A DNA stretch of 64,000 nt from a virus, in IMG/VR virus record IMGVR_UViG_3300045988_160427; one strand, 5' to 3'. Position 1 is the first letter of the stretch. Each line of letters starts with the position of its first letter. Below, one piece after another: positions 56,582-64,000 of this stretch. The notes beneath the pieces were generated by a model that made no database searches, was not told the DNA's origin, and worked only from the letters and a program-made list of their open reading frames with translations. A program made the translations under genes and the position numbers.

Positions 56582-56756
56582 AAAATCAATAGTTTTTTAA
56601 AAAATAATTGTGAAAAACAGCAAAGGCTGCGGGGAATTCTTATCATATCTTCTTTAATATTATAATCCACACAATATATTTTTTTATAAAAAGTATTGAG
56701 TTTTTATAATTATAATATTATAATATATATGTAAATAAGATAAAGGAGTGAACACA

Positions 56757-56948
56757 ATGACAAAAACAGAATATAACCGCATAATGTTTGCACTTGACAA
56801 CGTAGAAGAAAGAGAAAAAAGGCTTTGTAAAAAATACTGTGAACTAAACCCGCAAGACAAAGAAAGAAGAGAAAGAGACAAAGATATTTATTTATTAGGT
56901 CTTTATACTGCCCGCAAAGAAATAAAAAAGATGACGAACATAAAATAA
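56757..56948 (+). CDS. small coiled-coil protein (63 aa)
   Basis: AAGGAG RBS; promoter-like TTGAGT-17-TATAAT upstream. Confidence 0.35.
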   Translation: MTKTEYNRIMFALDNVEEREKRLCKKYCELNPQDKERRERDKDIYLLGLYTARKEIKKMTNIK

Positions 56949-56965
56949 AAAGGAGAAATAAAAAA

Positions 56966-57118
56966 ATGAAAAAATACAAAGTTAAAGAAAAAAGCCTTGC
57001 CGCTTTATTTGTTAATATTTGGGATTCTAAAAAAGAAATCGCTGAAATTATGGGTTTTTTGTTTATGTTGTTTGCTTTCTCTTTTGGCGCGCATTGTTTG
57101 TGCGCTTTGATTAACTAG
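56966..57118 (+). CDS. small hydrophobic peptide (50 aa)
   Basis: AAGGAG RBS; 'IMGFLFMLFAFSFGAHCLCALI' TM segment; below cutoff. Confidence 0.3.
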   Translation: MKKYKVKEKSLAALFVNIWDSKKEIAEIMGFLFMLFAFSFGAHCLCALIN

Positions 57119-57245
57119 GAGGAGACGCAATGATGTATTGGACACAAGATGAACGGGCACAATAATTTTATATAATTTTATAAAAAAGGGGCCTGACTTT
57201 GCGCCCTTTTTTTGTTATTATAAATACAGAAAGGAGATATCAAAA

Positions 57246-57413
57246 ATGAAAGAACCAAAAGTCATTAAAGTTATGGAACATTACGAGGCATATGAACCCG
57301 ATAAACCAATTTCAAAAGAAACGTTCCTTTGCTCTGGTGACTATGAATGGGAAGCCATAGAGGACGCAAGAGCCATCCTCGAACAAAGGGAAAGCGAAAA
57401 GAAAAGGGAATAA
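57246..57413 (+). CDS. small acidic protein (55 aa)
   Basis: AGGAG RBS; below cutoff. Confidence 0.3.
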   Translation: MKEPKVIKVMEHYEAYEPDKPISKETFLCSGDYEWEAIEDARAILEQRESEKKRE

Positions 57414-57807
57414 AAACCCTTTTCTTTTTTTGTTTTTGTATTTTAATTTTAATATTTATTATTATTCTTTATTATTTTTTTATGATTGTATCCCGGCATA
57501 TTATGCCGTAGTTTGCACAAGGATTTTTTTTATTGCAGTATTATATATATATTATATGTTCTGTATTGCCCACAGAATAGCACACAAAGGGAATAAAAGT
57601 ATTGTATAATAATTATTATATAATATAAAATAATATTATATTATGTTTTTATTCGCTCTCATTTGCTTTGTGTTGCGTCGTGTTGGTTGAAGGTATAAGG
57701 ACTCAAGGGCTTGAGGTATTGGGCTTGTATGGCTTGTTATGTGGTTATATTGTTTTTTTGTTTTGTTGTATTATATAATTTCGGCTCGCGCTATTACCCA
57801 TGCGAAA

Positions 57808-57861
57808 ACAAAGTGGAATTTTAATAACTGTATTTGAAAGAATATATATACAAAGTGGAAT
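57808..57861. repeat. 12-bp direct repeat ACAAAGTGGAAT x2, 42 bp apart
   Basis: 57808-57819 and 57850-57861 in non-coding region. Confidence 0.6.
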
Positions 57862-57907
57862 ATAAAACACCAAAAAAACCCCATTTTTTTCCGGAAGTGG
57901 TCAAATA

Positions 57908-57946
57908 AAGTCCTTATAATATCTATTATAAGGACTTATTTTTTCC
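57908..57946 (+). terminator. 14-bp perfect inverted repeat followed by T-run
   Basis: AAGTCCTTATAATA-tc-TATTATAAGGACTT-ATTTTTT. Confidence 0.55.
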
Positions 57947-58181
57947 CAAAAGCTGAATAACGGGGGCTAGGTTATGAAATTTGATTGAATAAATATACTA
58001 AAAAAGCGTTGTAGCTGTACAAATAATCCAATAAAACAAAAAAACACAACAAAACGCAAAAACAAAAAATCATCCTCGAAATCGCCATTCTGATCAGGGC
58101 ATTTCGTCTTAATATAAAACAAAATTACTAAATTATGTCAAAAGTACACATTCTTGCCATATTTCTGAAAGAAAACTTGTC

Positions 58182-58220
58182 CAGACGTGTATATAATATA
58201 TATATATGGATACACGTCTG
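58182..58220. repeat. 11-bp inverted repeat flanking 17-nt AT-only spacer
   Basis: CAGACGTGTAT-ataatatatatatatgg-ATACACGTCTG; just downstream of minus-strand operon end. Confidence 0.6.
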
Positions 58221-58265
58221 TACAAATTTTACTTTAGGTCAAGAGTCTGGCCAAAATTTAGTTAA

Positions 58266-58529
58266 CTAAAGCGCTTTCCATTCAATGTCTTTGAACAAAT
58301 TTTTAATGTTGTCTTCTGTCTCATAGTAAAGCACACTATCATACAAAAGAAAAAATTCTTCAAGGGAAAGAATGTCGGGATTATAAATTTGGCAATAATA
58401 ATAAAAGGATTTATATAGGTCCATTTTCAGAGGAAAAGAGATGCCGAGATTATCAAGGTCTAACAAATATTGTTTTCTTATGTCCTCATATTTATCGAAC
58501 ACTTTTTTAAACTTAAAATACTCTTCCAT
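58266..58529 (-). CDS. hypothetical protein
   Basis: 87 aa; last gene of coupled operon. Confidence 0.4.
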   Translation of the reverse strand: MEEYFKFKKVFDKYEDIRKQYLLDLDNLGISFPLKMDLYKSFYYYCQIYNPDILSLEEFFLLYDSVLYYETEDNIKNLFKDIEWKAL

Positions 58530-58543
58530 TTTGCCGACCCTCC

Positions 58544-59035
58544 TTAGTCTTCGTAGTCAAATTTGAGATGTTTTGGGAGCGTTTTTTCCATATAATATTC
58601 TTTATCTCTTTCGTAGCACATAAAGCTTGACATTCTTAAAAGATAATATTGCATTGAGCACACAAGTCTTGCGAGCTTATATTCATCTTTAGTTTTTGCG
58701 GCGAGTTCTTTGACAAGTTCTTTTAAAAGGTTGGTGACCGTTTCGACCCCTGTGATATGTTCATACTCAATAACTGGCTCTTTTAAATAATCGATTGCGG
58801 CGCATAATTGTTCATAAAAAACAAAGTAGTCTGATAACGAATAATTATTTTTCAATATTTTTTTTATATTTTCTCTTACAAAATATCTTTGCACATCATG
58901 AATTTTGCCCTGTCTGCGCCAACCTATCTTTTTATCACTGAACAAAAGAAGCGGCTCAAAATGAATAATTTTCTTCATGTTATTGGTTCCTGTCCACAAC
59001 TGTAAATCCATGAGGAATACCAAAATAATCAACAA
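58544..59035 (-). CDS. hypothetical protein (likely true start at Met codon 58978)
   Basis: overlaps upstream gene stop. Confidence 0.4.
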   Translation of the reverse strand: MLIILVFLMDLQLWTGTNNMKKIIHFEPLLLFSDKKIGWRRQGKIHDVQRYFVRENIKKILKNNYSLSDYFVFYEQLCAAIDYLKEPVIEYEHITGVETVTNLLKELVKELAAKTKDEYKLARLVCSMQYYLLRMSSFMCYERDKEYYMEKTLPKHLKFDYED

Positions 59036-59219
59036 TGATTTCTTTGTGCCTTTTGTTAGTTAGCTCTCCATGCATGGACTCCCATTCTCTTACATAAAAG
59101 GACGGGATCATAATAGTATTTTTAAAAACATCTGTAATGATAAAGTACCCTGTTTCTGTATAAGCGTTTTGCGTTGAAGTATAAATTGTTTTTTTCATAG
59201 TGCGCCTCCTTTTTATCAA
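58980..59219 (-). CDS. hypothetical protein
   Basis: 79 aa, coupled. Confidence 0.35.
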   Translation of the reverse strand: MIKRRRTMKKTIYTSTQNAYTETGYFIITDVFKNTIMIPSFYVREWESMHGELTNKRHKEIIVDYFGIPHGFTVVDRNQ

Positions 59220-60229
59220 TCAAAAACTTTTTGATAATTAATTATGTCCGTTTTAAAATCGTATTCTGTTTTTTCATCTATCATTGCATCGATAAAAATT
59301 TTTCTATTGACATTGGTTAAGGTATCTAAAGATTTTGCAGTCAAGACTCTGTTTTTAATTTTTTGATTTAATTCTTTTTTTAATTCTGTAATATTATATT
59401 GTATTCTTTGCGTGTTCACCACCATTGCATAACAATTATAGAAACCATCATACCCAAGCAAATCTTTACATTTTTCATTGGCTAAAGCACGATATTTAGC
59501 CTTGAGATTTTTTTTATTAAACATAAGTTCTGTTGTGCTTTTGATGCCAAGTTCGGTATAACAATCTGCCTCAATTTGCGACAAAACTTTTCCTTCATAG
59601 CTGGTAGAAAGAACTTCTTTATATTTTGTCCATCCGTCCGAACGTGAATATAATTTATATCCTTTGTTTATTGTTATGGATTTTTTATTATCCATAGATT
59701 TTAATGCAGATCGCACAATGGGCTTCAAGATTTTTTCATAAGTATTATCTATGAAAAAATTAAGCTCAGCTAAATTGAAATTATTCATCACACAGACTGC
59801 AATTTTAGAAAAGTCATTTGAAGATTTTACCTCTTTGTAGTTTTGATTTACCATATTGCACCAAAACAAAAGTTCCATAGTGTTAAAAAATATAATATTA
59901 TCTTTTTTACCCTCTTTATAAAATAATTGTGAAATAATATATTCTATATATGGAACATAAATCGATCTATTATTATAAAGATTCATTTCTTCCATTGAGC
60001 GCATTTTCAGAAATAAATATTTAGTTCCTCTTTTTTCATATTCACAAATACTATCCAATTGATTTAGTTGTTTTATTTTTGAGTTACCGCTCAATTGAGG
60101 AATATTCAAAAGCTTACATAGTCCCGCATATGTAATTTCTTTTTTTTCAGAAATCATTTGTTTTAATGCACTATAATCCAATGTTTGCAATGAATTAATT
60201 TCTTTTTTATTTTCTCTGCTCATTTTCAA
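59216..60229 (-). CDS. hypothetical protein with N-terminal HTH-like segment
   Basis: 'ITYAGLCKLLNIPQLSGNSKIKQL' helix-turn-helix-like. Confidence 0.4.
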   Translation of the reverse strand: MKMSRENKKEINSLQTLDYSALKQMISEKKEITYAGLCKLLNIPQLSGNSKIKQLNQLDSICEYEKRGTKYLFLKMRSMEEMNLYNNRSIYVPYIEYIISQLFYKEGKKDNIIFFNTMELLFWCNMVNQNYKEVKSSNDFSKIAVCVMNNFNLAELNFFIDNTYEKILKPIVRSALKSMDNKKSITINKGYKLYSRSDGWTKYKEVLSTSYEGKVLSQIEADCYTELGIKSTTELMFNKKNLKAKYRALANEKCKDLLGYDGFYNCYAMVVNTQRIQYNITELKKELNQKIKNRVLTAKSLDTLTNVNRKIFIDAMIDEKTEYDFKTDIINYQKVFD

Positions 60230-60546
60230 TCCACGAAAATAATTCTATACCCGTTTTCTCGTGTAAAATCTTTTTCTACATATTCTCTAAAAAAGGCTGA
60301 CCAGAAAATGCTATCTCCTACACAAAACATAATTTTAATGGCATTCAAACAAATTTCGTCATCGTCCTCGCCTTTAGATGTATATTTAACCAAGTTATCC
60401 CACCCAATGGCATAAGTGTAAATATATTCATTTAATAATTTTCCATCAATTAATAATTTTTCATCAATGAATTCAAAACTTTTGTAATTGTTTTCTGTGA
60501 AATTTTCTTTATTCATTTTCAAGATGAAAGATGTATTTTGTTTCAT
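60226..60546 (-). CDS. hypothetical protein
   Basis: 106 aa, start/stop overlap. Confidence 0.4.
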   Translation of the reverse strand: MKQNTSFILKMNKENFTENNYKSFEFIDEKLLIDGKLLNEYIYTYAIGWDNLVKYTSKGEDDDEICLNAIKIMFCVGDSIFWSAFFREYVEKDFTRENGYRIIFVD

Positions 60547-60758
60547 TATTCGTCTCCATAAATTTTATATTTTTTATTTTCTAGTTCTTTGCCGATTCCC
60601 GTTTTAATACCATTCATCCATTGAAAAATATAATATGTTTCTGTCTCTTCTATAATATTATATTCTTCATCAACTGCCCAAACTTTATCTGAATTTATTG
60701 GGTTATAAACATTTTCTATAAATTTAATTTTTTTCTTTTTCGTCAAATACAATCCCAC
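60546..60758 (-). CDS. hypothetical protein
   Basis: 70 aa. Confidence 0.35.
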   Translation of the reverse strand: MGLYLTKKKKIKFIENVYNPINSDKVWAVDEEYNIIEETETYYIFQWMNGIKTGIGKELENKKYKIYGDE

Positions 60759-61134
60759 CCTTTTTCACTATTGTTTCAATCAAAGTTAAAAACATTTGTT
60801 GAATTAAAGAATCTTCTTTAGATTTAATGCAGCTTTTATCAAGAAAATTATCAAAAACATAGGGGCATAATTTATTGTTTCTTTTTCTGAAGAAATGAAC
60901 TTTAACGGGGCCACCATATAAAGTATTATCTTTATAAATATGAAATTCTACTAAGTTGAAATTGTCTACATTTTTGTTGTAATAATTTGTATTTAGCGTA
61001 CAGCCCCATGATTTTGTATATCTATCATAAGTAAGCTGATGAATATCATTTAATTTATCATAATTAATGTTTTCACTTTTTAAATTTCTTATTTTGTCAA
61101 CGTTCAATAAAATATTTTTTCCCAAATTACACAC
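60724..61134 (-). CDS. hypothetical protein
   Basis: 136 aa. Confidence 0.4.
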   Translation of the reverse strand: MCNLGKNILLNVDKIRNLKSENINYDKLNDIHQLTYDRYTKSWGCTLNTNYYNKNVDNFNLVEFHIYKDNTLYGGPVKVHFFRKRNNKLCPYVFDNFLDKSCIKSKEDSLIQQMFLTLIETIVKKGGIVFDEKEKN

Positions 61135-61396
61135 CTCTTCTTGAGTCGTGATATTTTTTCATTCTTTCCGAGGCAGCTTTCCTTTGCTCTTCTTTGATAA
61201 CCTTCTTAGGTCTAGGAAATTTGAACCAATCCATGGGTAAATTAGCACAAAACCATCCATCCGCATTTTCAATCAAAGAAACTTCGGTTGGATATTCTTT
61301 TTTTAATTTTGATAATTTGTTACAAAATTTTTTATCGTTTGTACTAATAGTAATATGAGAGTTTTCCGAAATAAATTCTAAATAAAATTCTTTCAA
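61127..61396 (-). CDS. hypothetical protein
   Basis: 89 aa; AT-rich, abuts GC-rich segment. Confidence 0.4.
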   Translation of the reverse strand: MKEFYLEFISENSHITISTNDKKFCNKLSKLKKEYPTEVSLIENADGWFCANLPMDWFKFPRPKKVIKEEQRKAASERMKKYHDSRRGV

Positions 61397-61541
61397 TTGT
61401 TTTCATACTCCTTTATTTTTTTCCCTATTGCTTCTACCACATTGACCGTGACTCCGTTGCCAGCCTGCTTGTCCGCCAGCTGCTCTTCCAGCTCCATCAG
61501 CTTTACTGTCAGCTCCTCTATCCGGCTTTGGTTGGCTTGGT

Positions 61542-61967
61542 TCATTTCCCCGTGCTCCCAAATCCGTTGTTTCCACGCTGTGTTTTTTCCAGCGCTTCTA
61601 CCAGTTCCAATTCAGGCGTTAAAATCGGCACAATCACAAGCTGGGTGATCTTGTCTCCTGCGTTGACCTTGTAATCCTTGCCGCTGTGGTTGTACAGCTT
61701 GGCCACAATGCTCCCGGTATATCCCACATCGATCACACCTTCGCTTGTAATCCCGTGCTTTGTATTCATCCCGCTTTTGCTTTTCAAAAGCCCTGCTGTT
61801 CCCTCCGGCAGCTCTACATGCACCCCTGTATCAAATATGGCGCTTTCCTTGGCCGGGATGATCTGCGTTTCCCGTGCATATAGATCCAGCCCCGCGTCCG
61901 TGCTGTGCGCTCTTGTCGGGATTCTTGCGCCCTTGTCCAGCGTTATTTTCATATCTTTTACCCCCAC
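61542..61967 (-). CDS. dut: dUTP diphosphatase (second copy, GC-rich)
   Basis: 'GVIDVGYTGSI', C-terminal 'RGNNGFGSTGK'. Confidence 0.8.
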   Translation of the reverse strand: MGVKDMKITLDKGARIPTRAHSTDAGLDLYARETQIIPAKESAIFDTGVHVELPEGTAGLLKSKSGMNTKHGITSEGVIDVGYTGSIVAKLYNHSGKDYKVNAGDKITQLVIVPILTPELELVEALEKTQRGNNGFGSTGK

Positions 61968-62623
61968 TGTTCTGCCATTGCCTTTGCAATTCCCTCAAAT
62001 GTTTTACTACGTGTTTTTGCCCGTTCTTTTGGTGGTAAATTTATCGTATTAAAATGCCACGCACAATCGGTACTTTTTCCGTTTTTTGCTTTGATAATCT
62101 CTGGTTCGACCGGGTTTGTCTTTTTCAACACAGGAAGCCCTTTCAGCCAAAGACATGTTGATTTTCTCTGCGGTTCTCCAAACCACCAAGGCTGTATAAT
62201 ACAATCCGGTTTTCTGTATGATGTGCTCATACACCCTATTGGATTTTCAACCGCTATCTTTTCACAGTTTGCATTTATGAACTCCATGAAAAACAAAATA
62301 GCATCTTTTCTTAATTTTCTTCTTTCAACAGCTTTTGTTCCATATCTTTTTTCTGAAAACCATCTGTTCCCTGTTACAGTTAGATATGTACATGGTGGAA
62401 AAGCCAATATCATATCCCACTGCCCTTCTATCCTGTGCTTTTTTCCATCCATTGTCTCTATCTCGCAGTTCCCGTTCAACAGCGGAAGCACGTCTCCCAT
62501 GACATGCCATTCCGGATGTCCGCCGCTGCACGGCTCTATGTCGCAGCTGTAAGCCTCGTGCCCTTTCTCCCTGAACGCCTTGCATACCCTTTGTGATTCC
62601 TCACAAGCTACCAATATCTTCAT
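61958..62623 (-). CDS. putative phage DNA methyltransferase-like protein (PPC motif family)
   Basis: 'MKILVACEESQRVCKAFREKGHEAYSCD' and 'ILAFPPCTYLTVTG' resemble small phage MTase family; unverified. Confidence 0.4.
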   Translation of the reverse strand: MKILVACEESQRVCKAFREKGHEAYSCDIEPCSGGHPEWHVMGDVLPLLNGNCEIETMDGKKHRIEGQWDMILAFPPCTYLTVTGNRWFSEKRYGTKAVERRKLRKDAILFFMEFINANCEKIAVENPIGCMSTSYRKPDCIIQPWWFGEPQRKSTCLWLKGLPVLKKTNPVEPEIIKAKNGKSTDCAWHFNTINLPPKERAKTRSKTFEGIAKAMAEQWG

Positions 62624-62656
62624 TCTCTTCTATCTCCACATTTTTATTTCTTATTT

Positions 62657-63502
62657 CTAGAACAATTTTAATTGAATCTCTTCTAAATATTTCCATCTCC
62701 ACTTTTCTTCTTTGGTTACAAATCCGTCATCTTCCATCTGAAACCGATTATCGAAGTCATGTACCGTATGTCCATCAGCACGGAATGTAACTGGACTATC
62801 ATCGTCCCATTTCAGCATAAGCGCCCATAATTCCAGATAATTCTTCCGAAGCAGTCTAAGCTGATCCACGCTTTGATTATGGCAAAACCAGCAACCGCCG
62901 CGGGTAGCGGTAGTATAAATCGGTGAAAGCAGGTCGTTTTCTTCGCACCATTTACGGCAATATGCTTCATCCCAACCAGCCTCAACAAGCGGAGATTTTT
63001 TAGTTTCTGTTAGATTGTGAAAGCGGTTCGGCTCGTCGGCGGCAATGCCTATGTAGACTATATTTCCGCCTTTCTCAACCGCTTTTAATGGAGGCATTTT
63101 AACGTCGCTGTTGCACCACGCCCCGCTAACGCTAAAAGGCCACCCATAAATCGCCCCTGCACGATGCTTTGCCGTCATTTTTTTTATGCGATAAAAACAT
63201 TGTTCGTAAGTTCTTTTTGCTCGTGCATGCTCCACCTCAATCCCCCACCGTCCTTTGATGATTTTGTCTGCTTTCTCCTTAAACTCTACCATCGGAGGCA
63301 AATCGGCCGGTATTGTATCGGTTGCCCAAACTTCTGTATGAACTATACGGTCAAGCGGCCAACCAAGTTTTTCAATCGCTCCAAGACAAGCTAACGAATC
63401 TTTTCCGTAAGACAAAGACAAAATGTGTTCCTTCTTTAATGTTTTCATAGATTTATCTAGCGTTATTTCCATTTTTCTGCTTCCCCTCTCTTGACCGCCC
63501 AT
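62657..63502 (-). CDS. PAPS reductase-like PP-loop ATPase family protein
   Basis: 'LSLSYGKDSLA' PP-loop (SGGxDS-type) motif, C-terminal 'CWFCHNQS'. Confidence 0.6.
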   Translation of the reverse strand: MGGQERGSRKMEITLDKSMKTLKKEHILSLSYGKDSLACLGAIEKLGWPLDRIVHTEVWATDTIPADLPPMVEFKEKADKIIKGRWGIEVEHARAKRTYEQCFYRIKKMTAKHRAGAIYGWPFSVSGAWCNSDVKMPPLKAVEKGGNIVYIGIAADEPNRFHNLTETKKSPLVEAGWDEAYCRKWCEENDLLSPIYTTATRGGCWFCHNQSVDQLRLLRKNYLELWALMLKWDDDSPVTFRADGHTVHDFDNRFQMEDDGFVTKEEKWRWKYLEEIQLKLF

Positions 63503-63595
63503 CTGCCGAGCGCCTTGTTTCAGGCACCCGGCTTCTTTGAAGGAGGCTCTTCCCGGGCGTATGGCTTCACCCGGCAGACAGGCGGTCTTGTGTGT

Positions 63596-64000
63596 TTAAT
63601 ACCTCTCCGCTTCTTCTCTCGTGATAAAGTGGTGAATGCCAGTTGAACACTCGTTCCATCTATCCTCGTCAAAATCTTTCACTTCAACCGTCTCTCCAAC
63701 TCTGTAGACAAACGATTGATCCCGGCTGCTCTTTGCCTCTTCAAAGTGTTCTTTTCCGTCTATGCTTGTGATAGACAATACCTTGGCCTTGCTGGCTCTG
63801 CATTTTCTTGTTGTTGCTGAGGATCGCTTTGCATCCGCCTGTATTACCAGCTCTACTATTTTTCCTTCTGCCTTTTTGTATCCGATATACGCCCCTTTTT
63901 CCGGGCATTGCATGGCATAATAGGCCGTTTGTTCGTTATATCTGACACCACACAGGTTTGCACCACACAGGTTTGCATAACGCAGGTCTGCACCACACAG
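63596..64000 (-). CDS. pentapeptide-repeat protein, 5'-partial (continues beyond window)
   Basis: frame of 63596..63913 stays open upstream to window end: '...LCGADLRYANLCGANLCGVRYNEQTAYYAMQCPEKG...' = A(D/N)LXX repeats encoded by 15-bp tandem repeats. Confidence 0.5.
   Translation of the reverse strand: MCGADLRYANLCGANLCGVRYNEQTAYYAMQCPEKGAYIGYKKAEGKIVELVIQADAKRSSATTRKCRASKAKVLSITSIDGKEHFEEAKSSRDQSFVYRVGETVEVKDFDEDRWNECSTGIHHFITREEAERY
63946..64000. repeat. 15-bp tandem repeat x3.7 (CACCACACAGGTTTG), coding for pentapeptide repeats
   Basis: 63946-60, 63961-75 identical; 63976-90 variant; truncated copy to 64000. Confidence 0.8.

Noticed and set aside
56684-56979. Leu/Phe-rich minus-strand ORFs (56684..56881, 56710..56979)
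   Set aside because: Antisense to the small + strand gene with proper RBS (56757..56948); AT-rich shadow ORFs
61397-62552. Several + strand ORFs (61397..61648, 61678..62052, 61905..62552) in the GC-rich segment
   Set aside because: Antisense to dUTPase/MTase-like genes with recognisable motifs; GC-rich DNA yields long spurious ORFs
63946-64000. 15-bp tandem repeats considered as CRISPR array, iterons or attachment-site repeats
   Set aside because: No spacers (units contiguous); the repeat is in-frame coding sequence for pentapeptide repeats. No CRISPR array is evident anywhere in the window

Overview
The window reads as a tailed-phage (Caudoviricetes, siphovirus-like) genome segment. Most of it is AT-rich (~30% GC by eye), consistent with a Gram-positive, Clostridia-like host; the lysins are CHAP/LysM/PG_binding_1 and SleB-like. 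It carries GC-rich (~50-55%) islands.

Layout:
(i) 1-23.0 kb, + strand: virion and lysis module. It holds a major tail protein with an Ig-like domain, a 1685-aa tape-measure protein, many tail/fibre/baseplate-like proteins with tandem paralogs, and a modular endolysin. A MazF/EndoA-like toxin gene with an unusual Cys-rich partner sits inside the tail module.
(ii) 23.4-53.0 kb, - strand: replication and nucleotide-metabolism module. Genes include dUTPase, NrdG plus a degenerate NrdG paralog, anaerobic RNR NrdD split by a group I intron with an HNH homing endonuclease, NrdH, a RecD/Dda helicase, a GNAT, DnaE, two DenV-like glycosylases, DHH/RecJ-like, DnaG, DnaB, an AAA_24 Sak4-like ATPase, an SSB-like protein, a SleB-like hydrolase, a Xer-like tyrosine recombinase, a Panacea-domain (DUF4065) antitoxin-like protein, an MT-A70 methyltransferase and a ThyX-like protein.
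(iii) 53.0-53.5 kb: divergent consensus sigma70-like promoters flanking a tandem ~34-bp repeat.
(iv) 53.5-54.8 kb, + strand: an early-like operon led by a highly acidic small protein.
(v) 55.0-56.6 kb: GC-rich island with an IS30 transposase remnant, a truncated and frameshifted uppP (host gene fragment), a terminator and a Cys-peptidase-like gene.
(vi) 56.7-58.3 kb: small + ORFs and a repeat-rich non-coding region.
(vii) 58.3-61.4 kb, - strand: an 8-gene tightly coupled AT-rich operon of unknowns.
(viii) 61.4-64.0 kb: GC-rich - strand genes. These are a second dUTPase, a methyltransferase-like protein, a PAPS-reductase-like protein and a 5'-partial pentapeptide-repeat protein encoded by 15-bp tandem repeats.

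All calls rest on motifs read directly in the translations and DNA. No database search was possible.
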